From contig CAWKMU010000003.1 of the NCBI GenBank assembly GCA_963850905.1, positions 2,240,001-2,304,000 of the forward strand: a stretch of 64,000 nucleotides of DNA, in the 5' to 3' direction. The stretch is from an uncultured Gemmatimonadales bacterium. GTDB lineage: Bacteria > Gemmatimonadota > Gemmatimonadetes > Gemmatimonadales > Gemmatimonadaceae. Every line of letters starts with the position of its first letter. Position 1 is the first letter of the stretch. A program made the position numbers and the translations under genes. Positions 20,512 to 30,733 of the stretch are shown here, piece after piece. Under the pieces are notes generated by a model. It was given only the letters and a program-made list of their open reading frames with translations. It made no database searches and was not told the origin of the DNA.

Positions 20512-21492
20512 ATGGAACAGCGATCACTCGGCACGCAGGGCTTGCGCGTGGGCGCGATCGGCCTCGGCTGCATGGGAATGACGCACGGATATGGCGGGGG
20601 CGAGGAGACCGAGTCGATTGCGACGATCCACCGCGCGATCGATCGCGGCGTCGCCATGCTCGACACGGCCGAGATGTACGGGCCCCACACCAACGAGGAG
20701 CTGGTGGGGCGGGCTATTCGCGGCCGTCGAGAGGCCGTGATTGTCGCGACGAAGTTCGGATACCAAATCGATCCGGCGGGCAAGCGTCTCGGCCTCGATG
20801 GGACGCCGGAAAACGCGAAGCGTGCGGCCGAGGGATCGCTGCGGCGTCTCCAGGTCGACGTCATCGACCTGTACTACCTCCATCGGAAGGACCCTACCGT
20901 GCCGATTGAAGAGACGGTCGGTGCGATGGCGGAACTGGTGACCGAAGGCAAGGTCCGCTACCTCGGCTTGTCCGAAGTGAACGGTGAGACCATGCGGCGC
21001 GCTCATACCGTGCATCCGATCAGCGCGCTTCAAAGTGAGTTCTCGGTGTGGGAGCGCCGCATCGAGGAGACCATTCTGCCGGCCGCGCGGGTGCTCGGTA
21101 TCGGGTTCGTGCCATTCAGCCCTCTCGGCCGCGGCTTTCTGGCAGGATCGATTACAGGGGCGGGAGAGTTGCCGACGACGGACTTTCGCCATCACATCCC
21201 GCGGCTCAACACCGAAAACGCCCCGAAGAACGCGCGCATCGTCGCAGCGCTGAAAGTCATCGGCGATCGCCACGGGGTCGCGCTGTCACAAGTCGCCCTG
21301 GCCTGGGTGTTGGCTCGGGGCGCCGACATCGTGCCGATTCCGGGCACCACGCGGCGCACGCACCTGGATCAGAACCTCGATGCCGCCGACCTCCGTCTGA
21401 CCGACCAGGAATTGTCGTCGCTCAACGGACTGGCTGCGCTCGTGTCAGGCGAGCGATACACCCCGCAGATGGCGAGCACAGTCGAGTACTGA
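20512..21492 (+). CDS. Aldo/keto reductase
   Basis: IGLGCMGM, LDTAEMYGPHTNE, ATKFG, SLRRL..D.IDLYYLHR, GLSE, FSPLGRGFL and PIPGT motifs. Confidence 0.95.
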   Translation: MEQRSLGTQGLRVGAIGLGCMGMTHGYGGGEETESIATIHRAIDRGVAMLDTAEMYGPHTNEELVGRAIRGRREAVIVATKFGYQIDPAGKRLGLDGTPENAKRAAEGSLRRLQVDVIDLYYLHRKDPTVPIEETVGAMAELVTEGKVRYLGLSEVNGETMRRAHTVHPISALQSEFSVWERRIEETILPAARVLGIGFVPFSPLGRGFLAGSITGAGELPTTDFRHHIPRLNTENAPKNARIVAALKVIGDRHGVALSQVALAWVLARGADIVPIPGTTRRTHLDQNLDAADLRLTDQELSSLNGLAALVSGERYTPQMASTVEY

Positions 21493-21502
21493 GGCGCGGC
21501 CA

Positions 21503-22003
21503 CTACTCGAAGCTGGGCTCGTACTCCTCAGGCGCAGGCTGATGTGGTTGGCCCGTGCGGCTCAGCATGCGCGCGCAGGTATTCCACCGCAGGATCGCCT
21601 CGTCGTTGTCCGCCGGACGGATCGCTTCAGCAAGGCTGTAATGGTGCATGGCCTCGCGCAGCCACCCGGCTGCGACCTCCGCTGCACGCGGGGCGCGTTG
21701 GCGCGATTGTGCCTTGCCTCGTCGCTCGCAGATGATGCCCGCGTAGTAATGCTGGTGGTATGCGTCGTGTAGACGCGGCAGCACCCCGCGCGCTCGCGTG
21801 ACGCCCGCGCTCAGCTCATCGCCAATCTGGTCCGTGATGGCCAGCAAGAGGGTGATCAGCGCCTGCTGATGGCCGGGCTCTACCTCGAGGACGTCGAGAC
21901 AGATGCTCTCCGCCGCCGCAGAATCGTTGAGGAGCCGATAGTGCTCCGCCTTCTCGAGGGCCGCCGGGATCGCGGTGCGGGCGATCGGTTTGAGCGAGTA
22001 CAT
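21503..22003 (-). CDS. Hypothetical helical (TPR-like) protein downstream of sdhB
   Basis: Starts 4 nt after the sdhB stop on the same strand; helical-repeat-like sequence (ALEKAEHYRLLND..AESICLDVL; YYAGIICERR; AILRWN). Confidence 0.7.
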   Translation of the reverse strand: MYSLKPIARTAIPAALEKAEHYRLLNDSAAAESICLDVLEVEPGHQQALITLLLAITDQIGDELSAGVTRARGVLPRLHDAYHQHYYAGIICERRGKAQSRQRAPRAAEVAAGWLREAMHHYSLAEAIRPADNDEAILRWNTCARMLSRTGQPHQPAPEEYEPSFE

Positions 22004-22007
22004 CGGG

Positions 22008-22850
22008 TTAGCTCCCGTCGGTCGCCCCGCTCGAGCCGAGTCGACGCCGCGAAAACAGCTTCACGAGGCGGCCGAGCGGGTCGTAGAACTCGTCGACGAC
22101 TCGCTCCTTGAGCGGGATGATCGCGTTATCGGTGATCGTGATGCTTTCCGGACACACCTTGGTGCAACACTTGGTGATGTTGCAGTATCCGATCCCTTGC
22201 CCTTGCTTGACGTCGGGAATCCGATCGGCGACGTCCAGCGGGTGCATCTCGAGCGCGGCTGTGTACACGAAGTGGCGCGGACCCGCAAATGACTCCTCTT
22301 TGTGATGCTCGCGCAGCACGTGACACACGTCCTGACAGAGGAAGCACTCGATGCACTTTCGGAACTCCTGCGCGCGGTCCACGTCGCTCTGCTGGATGCG
22401 CCAGGTCCCGTCCGGCGCGTCCGGCGGACGCGGAGTGAACTTCTGGATGCGCTTCTTCGCCCGGTAGTTCCAGGACACGTCCGTCACGAGGTCCTTGATC
22501 AACGGAAAGGTCCGCATGGGTTCGACGGTCACTGGTGCGTCGAGCGACAGGTCGCTCAACCGCGTCATACACATCAGTCGCGGCTTCCCGGCGACCTCTG
22601 CGGAGCAGGATCCACATTTACCGGCTTTGCAGTTCCAGCGAATGGCGAGGTCGTTCGCCTGTTCGGCCTGGATCTGGTGGACAGCGTCGAGGACCACCAT
22701 GCCGGGTGCGACAGGCGTTCGGAAATCCTCGAATGCACCACCCGCAGCCGTCCCGCGCCAGATTCGAAAAGTCGCCGTTCGCGGCGCTTCGGCCGCCGCG
22801 CCCTGACTGGCGGCCACCGCGGGCGCCTTATCGAGCTGTGTGGTAGCCAC
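22008..22850 (-). CDS. sdhB: Succinate dehydrogenase/fumarate reductase iron-sulfur subunit
   Basis: CKAGKCGSC..C [2Fe-2S], CIECFLCQDVC and CNITKCCTKVCP clusters. Confidence 0.93.
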   Translation of the reverse strand: MATTQLDKAPAVAASQGAAAEAPRTATFRIWRGTAAGGAFEDFRTPVAPGMVVLDAVHQIQAEQANDLAIRWNCKAGKCGSCSAEVAGKPRLMCMTRLSDLSLDAPVTVEPMRTFPLIKDLVTDVSWNYRAKKRIQKFTPRPPDAPDGTWRIQQSDVDRAQEFRKCIECFLCQDVCHVLREHHKEESFAGPRHFVYTAALEMHPLDVADRIPDVKQGQGIGYCNITKCCTKVCPESITITDNAIIPLKERVVDEFYDPLGRLVKLFSRRRLGSSGATDGS

Positions 22851-22929
22851 TACTCGAGATCCCCCTGTGGACGTGGAGCCGCCGGCTCCCGTCGATGGAA
22901 ACGGTCAGCAATGACGCGCGGCGAAGCCA

Positions 22930-24741
22930 TTAGCCCATCTCCGCAATGATACTCTGAAGCTCGGGTGGGGTGGCAGCGATCGCCTCCCGACCAAGCTCCA
23001 TGCGGCCGTCAGCCCCCTGCCGGATGACCAGGTTGTAGGTCCCCGCAGATGCGTCCTTTTTTGGGTAGTCGTCGCGGAAGTGCCCGCCACGGCTTTCACG
23101 CCGCTCGAGCGCGGACCGTGCGATGGCTTCGGCGACAGTCAGGAGATTTCGCAGGTCGAGGGCGGTGTGCCATCCGGGGTTGTATTCCCGGTGACCTGTC
23201 ACCGACACGCGGCTTGCGCGCCCCTGGAGCTGGAGGATCGTATCCAGGGCGCGGCGCATCTCTTCTTCGCGTCGGACAATGCCAACGAAATCCTGCATCG
23301 TCGACTGCAATGCGTGCTGGACATCGTACGGACTCTCGCCGTTTTCTCGGCCGAACGGCTCGAGCGCGTGTCGCGCCGCGTCGTCGACAGCGCCGCCATC
23401 GATCTTCGTCGGGCCGTGTTGGCCAGCGAACTGCGCAGCATAGTCGCCGGCTCGCTTGCCGAAAACGAGCAGGTCAGACAGCGAGTTGCCCCCCAATCGG
23501 TTCGCTCCGTGCAGGCCGGCCGCGCACTCGCCGGCAGCGAAGAGTCCTGGCACACTCGCCATCTGCGTGTCACCATCGACCCGGATGCCGCCCATGACGT
23601 AGTGAGTCGTCGGCCCGACTTCCATCGGCTCCGCCGTAATATCGATGTCGGCAAGCTGTTTGAACTGGTGGTACATGCTCGGCAGCTTCTTTCGAATGTG
23701 CTCGGCGGCATGAGGGAGCCGTTCCTTGATCCACGCGATATCCAGGTACACCCCGCCATGGGGACTCCCACGCCCCTCTCGCACCTCGCGCACGATACAA
23801 CGCGCGACGTGATCGCGAGTGAGGAGCTCCGGAGGACGACGCGCACTCTTGTCGCCCTGAGTGTACCGCCAGCCCTCATCCGGTGTGGTGGCCGTCTGAG
23901 CCTTGTAGTTGTCCGGGATGTCGTCGAACATGAAACGGCGCCCTTCGCTGTTCTTCAGGATGCCGCCCTCGCCCCGGACGCCCTCAGTCACGAGAATACC
24001 GCGCACGCTCGGTGGCCACACCATGCCTGTCGGGTGGAACTGCACGAACTCCATGTCCTGAAGCGTGGCGCCAGCGCGATAGGCGAGTGCCTGGCCGTCA
24101 CCCGTGTACTCCCAGCTATTGCTCGTGATCCGGTAGGCTCGTCCAATGCCCCCCGTGGCAAGGACCACGGCCTTGGCACGGAAGACGTGAAACCGCCCCC
24201 GCTCTCGGTCGTACACAAACGCGCCGGCAACGCGCTCCCCATCCTTGAGGAGCGTGACCACGGTGCACTCCATATGCACGTCGATGCCCTGATGAATTCC
24301 GTGATCTTGGAGGGTCCGAATCATCTCGAGCCCTGTCCGATCACCGACGTGGGCAAGCCGGGGGTACTTGTGGCCTCCAAAATTCCGCTGCAGGATGCGC
24401 CCATCGGGGGTGCGGTCGAACAGCGCCCCCCAAGCCTCGAGCTCCCGAACGCGATCAGGCGCTTCCTTCGCGTGGAGCTCGGCCATACGCCAGTTGTTGA
24501 GGTACTGGCCACCGCGCATCGTGTCGCTGAAGTGCACGCGCCAGTTGTCACGGTCATCGACATTGGCCAACGACGCCGCGACACCGCCTTCGGCCATGAC
24601 CGTGTGGGCCTTGCCGAGCAGCGACTTGCACACGAGGCCGACCGACACGCCGTGCGACGCTGCCGCGATCGCTGCCCGCAAACCGGCGCCGCCGGCGCCG
24701 ATCACGAGGACGTCGTGAGTGATTGTTTCGTACTCAGCCAT
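22930..24741 (-). CDS. sdhA: Succinate dehydrogenase/fumarate reductase flavoprotein subunit
   Basis: GAGGAG, KAHTVMAEGG (FAD His), QFHPTG, EGVRGEGG, HYVMGG, HGANRLGGNSL and ESRGGH motifs. Confidence 0.95.
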   Translation of the reverse strand: MAEYETITHDVLVIGAGGAGLRAAIAAASHGVSVGLVCKSLLGKAHTVMAEGGVAASLANVDDRDNWRVHFSDTMRGGQYLNNWRMAELHAKEAPDRVRELEAWGALFDRTPDGRILQRNFGGHKYPRLAHVGDRTGLEMIRTLQDHGIHQGIDVHMECTVVTLLKDGERVAGAFVYDRERGRFHVFRAKAVVLATGGIGRAYRITSNSWEYTGDGQALAYRAGATLQDMEFVQFHPTGMVWPPSVRGILVTEGVRGEGGILKNSEGRRFMFDDIPDNYKAQTATTPDEGWRYTQGDKSARRPPELLTRDHVARCIVREVREGRGSPHGGVYLDIAWIKERLPHAAEHIRKKLPSMYHQFKQLADIDITAEPMEVGPTTHYVMGGIRVDGDTQMASVPGLFAAGECAAGLHGANRLGGNSLSDLLVFGKRAGDYAAQFAGQHGPTKIDGGAVDDAARHALEPFGRENGESPYDVQHALQSTMQDFVGIVRREEEMRRALDTILQLQGRASRVSVTGHREYNPGWHTALDLRNLLTVAEAIARSALERRESRGGHFRDDYPKKDASAGTYNLVIRQGADGRMELGREAIAATPPELQSIIAEMG

Positions 24742-24816
24742 CGATGAGGGGCTAGACGTTAGACGTTGGAGAGCTAACCGAGCGGCCGCTCGCGGGGCAC
24801 CGTGACGACCCTCTGT

Positions 24817-25617
24817 TCAGAGGATTCTCCAGTCGTGCCAGATGCCCATGGAGCAAAGCCGGACGTAGAGGTCGGCGAAAGCGACGCCGAACAGGCTCAT
24901 CCACGCCCACCGCATGTGCCATCGGTTGAAGCAACTCGCGCAGTCATACAGGGTGCGCTGCACCGGCCGACCCGCCATCCGATCCAGGTACCCGCCGACG
25001 ACGTGACGGAGCGAGTGGCATCCGAAGGTGTAGCTGGCGAGCAGTACGACGTTGAGGGCAAGGACCAACGTGCCGACACCGATGCCGAAGGAGACGTGCC
25101 CAGCGCCATCGGTAAACCACAGCGCATCCCACACGTCATGCGCGAGGATCACCAGGAACACCAACGCCACGTACAGGAAATACCGGTGGACGTTTTGCAT
25201 GATCAACGGAAAGCTGTGTTCACCATGGTACGTGGCTCGGGGCTCGCGAACCGTGCAGTTCGGGGGGTCGGCCCACATCGCCTTGTAGTATGCCCCGCGG
25301 TAGTAGTAACAGGTGACCCGGAACAGCCCCGGAAAGGGCAGGATCAGGAGCGCAGGGGAGAAGGGTAGCCACGCCGGCCAGGCCGCGGGCTTCGCCCCGA
25401 ACCACGCCGTCGCCGGGTCTCCGAAGAGTTCCGGCGAATAGAACGGGGAGAGGTAGGGTCCAAACCGATAGTGGGCGTTCTGAAACGCAGCCCAGGTGGC
25501 GTAGACGATGAAGGCGGTCAGGAGGACCGCGACGACGGCCGGCTGCACCCACCAGGCATCCCGCCGCATGGTGAGCGTGTGAGGAGAGTCCACAACCGGA
25601 AGCTGCACATGCGCCAT
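24817..25617 (-). CDS. Succinate dehydrogenase membrane anchor, mycobacterial Sdh1 (Rv0249c)-like
   Basis: YLSPFYSP, FRVTCYYYRGAYY, QNVHRYF, YTFGCHSLRH, N.WHM.WAW.SL; several TM segments; first gene of the sdh operon. Confidence 0.82.
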   Translation of the reverse strand: MAHVQLPVVDSPHTLTMRRDAWWVQPAVVAVLLTAFIVYATWAAFQNAHYRFGPYLSPFYSPELFGDPATAWFGAKPAAWPAWLPFSPALLILPFPGLFRVTCYYYRGAYYKAMWADPPNCTVREPRATYHGEHSFPLIMQNVHRYFLYVALVFLVILAHDVWDALWFTDGAGHVSFGIGVGTLVLALNVVLLASYTFGCHSLRHVVGGYLDRMAGRPVQRTLYDCASCFNRWHMRWAWMSLFGVAFADLYVRLCSMGIWHDWRIL

Positions 25618-25751
25618 GATCGAGTCTCGCGCTGCCCAGGGGCGGCGTCTGGTGGCTGACGAGTGGTGATGGTGTCTATCGGTCCGGATATTCTTCCGCG
25701 CGGCGGGGGCTGTCAACGGCCGCGGTGCAGAAACGTAGATTTTACGCTCAT

Positions 25752-28700
25752 ATGCTCCTGGTCAATACACGAGTCACGCCACCCCGATTCTCCGTCGACG
25801 AGGCTGCGGCGGTGCTCGCCGAGTGGTACGGACTGAGCGGTACCCTCGCGCCGCTTCCGAGTGAGCGCGATCAGAACTTCCACGTCGTCACCACCGCTGG
25901 CGACCAGGTCGTGCTCAAGATCGCCGACACGAGCGAGGACAGGAGAACGCTCGACTGCCAGGCTGCAGTCCTCGAGCGGCTCTCCTCAGCGGGAACGCGC
26001 TTCCAGTTCCCGAGCGTGCGCCCCGCCGTAGACGGGCGGCTCATCGTGGAGGTCGACGGTCCAGACAGCGGGCGCCATTTGGTGCGGGTGCTGCGGTATG
26101 TCCCGGGCGAACCGCTCGCGAACGTTCGGGCGCACACGCCCGCTCTGCTCGAAGAGGTGGGAACGCTCATGGGCACGATGGCGCGGATTCTCGACGGTGT
26201 CAGCGTGCCATGCGTCGACCGAGGACTGCGCTGGGACCTGCGACTCGGCCGACGAGTCGTCGGCCAGTGCCTGTCGGCCGTCACCCGGGCGGATCAACGC
26301 GGGCGCATCGAACGGTTCCTGGCCGCGTTCGACCGTGACGCGGTTCCCCTTCTGTCGACGCTGCGGACCAACATCGTCCACAATGACGCCAATGACCACA
26401 ACGTGCTGGTGTCGAGCGCCGACCCCGACGATCCGCTGCGGACGCGCCATGTCACGGGGATCGTGGACTTCGGTGACCTCGTCGACTCGTATGTGGTCGG
26501 CGAGGCGGCCATCGCCGCAGCCTACGCCATGTTGCGCAAGCGTGACCCCGTGCAGGCTGCAACGCACGTGGTCCGTGGCTATCACGCGGTGCATCCGCTG
26601 ACGGATCGCGAGCTCGCCGCCCTGTACTCGCTCGTGTGCTTGCGCCTCTGCACCAGCGCGGTGCTCAGCGCACACCAACGGGCCCAGGATCCGGACAATG
26701 CCTACTTGTCGGTCAGCGAGACGGCTGTCTGGACCTTGCTCGCACGGCTCGAGCCGGTCGACCCCGACCTGGTGCAGTACCAGTTGCGCGCCGCATGCGG
26801 GCTGGAGCCGTGTGCACACGCGGCGGACGTGCGGCGGTGGCTCGTCTCCCACGCGGAACGAGTTGGCCCGGTCCTCGATCCCGATCCCCGCGCATCGCCG
26901 CGGGCGACTCTCGATTTCAGCGTGGCGAGCGGCGATTGGGCGGCTCGCAGCGGCCGTGAGGATGTGTCGTCGTGGAGCGCTGCCATTGCCACCCGAATGC
27001 ATGCGGATGGCGCGTCGGTCGGCGTCGGGCGGTACGGGGAGGCACGCCTGTGGTACACGGCGCCGCAGTTCCGCACGGCCACCGACTCGGGCGACGAGTG
27101 GCGGACCGTCCACCTGGGTGTGGACCTTTTTGTGCCCGCCGGCACGGCCGTGCTCGCACCGATCAATGGCACGGTGGAGAGCGTACGCAACAACGCCGGG
27201 CGCCTCGACTACGGCCCGACTGTCGTGTTGCGCCACGAGATGCCTGGCGCGGACGCGCCCTGGTATACGCTGTACGGGCATCTCGATGAGGCGGCCCTCG
27301 CCCTGCAGCCAGGTCTCGCCGTTCGCGCGGGAGACCGGATCGGCGGCGTCGGCGCATCGCGAGTCAACGGCGGCTGGCCCCCCCATTTGCACCTCCAGAT
27401 CATCGCGGATCGCGTGGGCTGCGACGGAGACTTCCCAGGCGTCGCTCGCCCGAGCGACCGTGCCGTCTGGATGTCGATCTCTCCCGACCCGAACCTGATC
27501 CTCCAGTTTCCCGAAGGGGACAGGGCGGACGACGGTCCGGGCGATCGCGTGTTGCTCGCCGCCCGGCGGGAGCGGCTGGGGCGCTCGCTGAGTATCGCCT
27601 ATCAAACGCCACTGACCATCGTGCGCGGTCGGATGCAGTTCCTGTTTGACGGGGATGGACATCGCTATCTCGACGGCGTCAACAATGTCGCGCATGTCGG
27701 CCATTGCCACCCGCACGTCGTTGCGGCACTGCAACGCCAAGCCGCAGTGCTCAACACGAACACGCGATATCTCCATCCCGCGATCCTTCGCTACGCCGAG
27801 CGTTTGACGGCGCACCTTCCGACTCCCCTGTGCGTCTGCTTTTTCGTGTGCAGTGGGAGTGAGGCCAACGAGCTCGCGCTCCGACTGGCTCTTGCCCATA
27901 CGCAACGTCGCGATGTGGTCGTGGTCGATCACGCGTATCACGGCAATACGACCTCGCTCGTAGCGCTGAGCCCCTACAAGTTCGACGGGCCCGGCGGCAC
28001 CGGCGCGCCGCCACACGTGCACAAGGTCTCGATGCCCGACCCGTATCGCGGCGTCCACCGAGGGTATGCCGCGGACGCAGGTCGCGCGTACGCGGCCGAA
28101 GTGGGCGAGGTCGTGGCGGCGCTCGGCCGGTCAGGCCCGGGCGTCGCCGCCTTCATCGCCGAAGCGGTCAGCAGCGGCGGCGGGCAAGTCGAGCCGCCCG
28201 CCGGATACCTCGCCGAGGCCTATCGGCACGTGCGCGCTGCTGGCGGCGTGTGCATCGCCGACGAGGTACAGATCGGGTTTGGCCGGGTCGGGACGCACTT
28301 CTGGGGGTTCGAGACGCAGGACGTGGTGCCCGACATCGTCACGCTGGGCAAGCCGATCGGGAATGGGCACCCGCTTGGTGCCGTCATCACCACCCCGGAG
28401 ATCGCCGCGTCGTTCGCAAATGGCATGGAGTACTTCAACACCTTTGGCGGCAACCCGGTTTCGTGCGAGGTGGGGCTGGCGGTCCTCGATGTCATCGAGC
28501 AGGAAGGACTGCAATCCCGCGCGCATCGGGTCGGCGAATACCTCACGCGCGGACTGCGCGCCGTCGCGGAACGCCATGTGCTCGTCGGCGACGTTCGGGG
28601 GCGCGGGCTCTTTCTGGGCGTGGAGCTCGTGCGGGACCGCGATGCGCGGACCCCTGCGCCCCGCCATGCGGCCTACGTCGTCGAGCGCATGCGAGAGCGT

Positions 28701-28829
28701 GGGGTGCTGCTGAGTACCGAGGGACCGTTTCACACCGTCATCAAGATGAAGCCGCCGCTCGTGTTCTCGGAGGACGATGCCGACACGGTGGTTCAGTCGC
28801 TTGCGGAGGTACTGTCCGAGCTCGATTGA
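25752..28829 (+). CDS. Three-domain fusion: APH/choline-kinase-like phosphotransferase + M23 peptidase-like domain + class III PLP aminotransferase (phospholyase-like)
   Basis: Kinase: [21 protein letters not shown]23: HLGVD, LYGHL, HLHLQ. Class [50 protein letters not shown]. Confidence 0.9.
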   Translation: MLLVNTRVTPPRFSVDEAAAVLAEWYGLSGTLAPLPSERDQNFHVVTTAGDQVVLKIADTSEDRRTLDCQAAVLERLSSAGTRFQFPSVRPAVDGRLIVEVDGPDSGRHLVRVLRYVPGEPLANVRAHTPALLEEVGTLMGTMARILDGVSVPCVDRGLRWDLRLGRRVVGQCLSAVTRADQRGRIERFLAAFDRDAVPLLSTLRTNIVHNDANDHNVLVSSADPDDPLRTRHVTGIVDFGDLVDSYVVGEAAIAAAYAMLRKRDPVQAATHVVRGYHAVHPLTDRELAALYSLVCLRLCTSAVLSAHQRAQDPDNAYLSVSETAVWTLLARLEPVDPDLVQYQLRAACGLEPCAHAADVRRWLVSHAERVGPVLDPDPRASPRATLDFSVASGDWAARSGREDVSSWSAAIATRMHADGASVGVGRYGEARLWYTAPQFRTATDSGDEWRTVHLGVDLFVPAGTAVLAPINGTVESVRNNAGRLDYGPTVVLRHEMPGADAPWYTLYGHLDEAALALQPGLAVRAGDRIGGVGASRVNGGWPPHLHLQIIADRVGCDGDFPGVARPSDRAVWMSISPDPNLILQFPEGDRADDGPGDRVLLAARRERLGRSLSIAYQTPLTIVRGRMQFLFDGDGHRYLDGVNNVAHVGHCHPHVVAALQRQAAVLNTNTRYLHPAILRYAERLTAHLPTPLCVCFFVCSGSEANELALRLALAHTQRRDVVVVDHAYHGNTTSLVALSPYKFDGPGGTGAPPHVHKVSMPDPYRGVHRGYAADAGRAYAAEVGEVVAALGRSGPGVAAFIAEAVSSGGGQVEPPAGYLAEAYRHVRAAGGVCIADEVQIGFGRVGTHFWGFETQDVVPDIVTLGKPIGNGHPLGAVITTPEIAASFANGMEYFNTFGGNPVSCEVGLAVLDVIEQEGLQSRAHRVGEYLTRGLRAVAERHVLVGDVRGRGLFLGVELVRDRDARTPAPRHAAYVVERMRERGVLLSTEGPFHTVIKMKPPLVFSEDDADTVVQSLAEVLSELD

Positions 28830-28854
28830 GGTCCCGCGGATTGGGCCGAGCGAG

Positions 28855-29043
28855 TCAGGGCGAGGTGGCGTCCGGTCGGTGGAGAGTCGGGTCGGCGGCC
28901 GCCTCCAACGCGTTCAGTCGTGCGACCCGTTCGCGCGCGTCTCGGGAGGTTTCCGCGGCTTCCTCGATCGCATCACGACGCAAGTCGGGAACGTCTCGGG
29001 GGACGGGGTGCAGCTCCGTACTGTCGAATCCTGTGTCCGTCAT
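28855..29043 (-). CDS. Small hypothetical protein (62 aa)
   Basis: GAGGGA RBS 7 nt before ATG 29043; fills an otherwise empty gap. Confidence 0.4.
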   Translation of the reverse strand: MTDTGFDSTELHPVPRDVPDLRRDAIEEAAETSRDARERVARLNALEAAADPTLHRPDATSP

Positions 29044-29109
29044 AGCTGAGTCCCTCGTCGAGAGGACGCCAGGGTGGCTTGCACGATTCATTCCGGCGAG
29101 GGCTGCGAC

Positions 29110-29391
29110 GTGATTGAACACCGCCCGCTCGAACATCGCTTTGTCGCCGAGTTCGCCTCAGGCGACGCGGAGTTGACATACGCGCTGCCGGTTCCCGGCG
29201 TGATCGATTTGCAGCACACGGCGGTGCCGGAGGGCGAGCGCGGGCATGGTGTCGCCGAGGCGTTGGCCCGGGCCGCCTTCGACTACGCACGGGCCCACAA
29301 GCTCCGCGTCATTCCGACGTGTCCATTTGTTCGCTCATGGCTCACGCGCCATCCCGAGGAACAGGATCTGATCGATAACTCGGTGCGCTGA
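29110..29391 (+). CDS. Small GNAT acetyltransferase (YjdJ/Acetyltransf_CG type)
   Basis: HTAVP...RGHGVA..L....FDYAR...LRVIPTCPFV..W..RHPE. Confidence 0.9.
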   Translation: MIEHRPLEHRFVAEFASGDAELTYALPVPGVIDLQHTAVPEGERGHGVAEALARAAFDYARAHKLRVIPTCPFVRSWLTRHPEEQDLIDNSVR

Positions 29392-29694
29392 TCGGCGGAT
29401 TGACCGACTTCGTCTCACGATTTGCGCGGCGCCAGCCACTGTTGCCGGGCGCAATCGAGGCCTAAGCGTCAGTCGGTCTCACAGAAATAGCGGTTTGTGC
29501 GGTCGATCACAGGTTGCCGCTCCCCTCAGTGTCACGCCTGGGCCGCTGGCTCCACAAGATGTGCGGCTTCGTGTCCGCAGCGTGATAGTTGCCGCCACGC
29601 CGCACCCTAGCTTGTCCCTCGCATCCAAAGATGCCAAGCGGCGCCCGTGCTTCCGACTCGGACCGCCGGCTCGGCCGAAAGCCAGGATCGACCC

Positions 29695-30270
29695 ATGAAC
29701 CGCACTATCCAGAATTCGCGACGTGGCGTCACGCTGATCGAGATGATGATCGTGGTCGTGCTATTGAGCCTCGTGTCGGCGTTGGCACTGCCGCGACTCA
29801 ACTTCGCGCAATTCAAGAGCGACGACTCGGTTCGCGCCGTGCGGACGACCCTCCAGAACGCCGAGCGACTCGCGATCACGCGTCAGTACGACGTGATCGT
29901 GAGCTTCGATACGGTGAATCAGCAGCTGCGCATCGCTGAAGACCTGAACAACAACTATGTGATCGACTCGGGTGAGCGGGTGACCTATGTGCCGCTGGAC
30001 CAGGGCGTGAAGTTCGCCAACCCCCCGCAGGGCGGCGTCGTGGGCCCCACGGGCGCGAGCGTGGTCGGCACCAACATCATGTCGATCGGCAGTATGCCGA
30101 GTGTCGTATTTCTACGCAGTGGATCGGCCAGCAGCTACGTCGAGGTCTACTTGACCGCGAACGGCAACAACGGTGAGACCGAGTGGCGGGGTGTGCAAGT
30201 TACCCAGTCGACCGGACGGACCGTCTGGTATAGATGGCTCACTACTCTCTGGAACAAGGCGTCGGTATGA
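29695..30270 (+). CDS. Type IV minor pilin, FimT/GspH-like (cluster 1)
   Basis: Prepilin motif RRG|VTLIEMMIVVV; C-terminal F..SGSAS and V.V...TGR. Confidence 0.88.
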   Translation: MNRTIQNSRRGVTLIEMMIVVVLLSLVSALALPRLNFAQFKSDDSVRAVRTTLQNAERLAITRQYDVIVSFDTVNQQLRIAEDLNNNYVIDSGERVTYVPLDQGVKFANPPQGGVVGPTGASVVGTNIMSIGSMPSVVFLRSGSASSYVEVYLTANGNNGETEWRGVQVTQSTGRTVWYRWLTTLWNKASV

Positions 30271-30722
30271 CAACGCGATCGCTGAAGCGGCGGACGTCGA
30301 TGCGGCGGCTCGTGCCGCGGCGTTCGACGCGTGGAGGGATGACGCTGATCGAGGTGGTCATCTCCCTCACGATCATCACGAGTGCGCTCCTGGGCTTCGC
30401 AGCGTTCATCGCGCGCTTCATGCATATGACCTCGCAGGCCAACGCGGCGTCGGCGGCGATGGACCTCGCGGTCAGTCGGGTGGAGCTGATCAAGGCATAC
30501 CCGACATACTCGGCCCTCGAGGCGACCTTCAACGGCACGCAATCGGGGTTCTCCAACTGTCCCGGGTGCGTCTTGACGACGCACATCACCAAGGACTCGA
30601 CCGCCCTTCAGAACTACAAGACGGTGTCGGTCACTGTCACCGTCCCTGCTCTCTCGTCCTCGTATACCGCGGCGCCGGTGCTGGTGCCGTTCGAGAAGAC
30701 CACCGTCATCGCCGCGTTCTGA
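30267..30722 (+). CDS. Type IV minor pilin, PilV/GspI-like (cluster 1)
   Basis: RGG|MTLIEVVISL; ATGA overlap with the upstream gene. Confidence 0.86.
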   Translation: MTTRSLKRRTSMRRLVPRRSTRGGMTLIEVVISLTIITSALLGFAAFIARFMHMTSQANAASAAMDLAVSRVELIKAYPTYSALEATFNGTQSGFSNCPGCVLTTHITKDSTALQNYKTVSVTVTVPALSSSYTAAPVLVPFEKTTVIAAF

Positions 30723-30733
30723 GGACAACGACC

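Noticed and set aside
25986..28058. Long antisense and alternate-frame ORFs (this 690-aa one, 12371-14062, 23080-24747, 61418-62983 and others)
   Set aside because: They are shadows of well-supported genes in high-GC DNA, Arg/Ala/Gly-rich and without family motifs.
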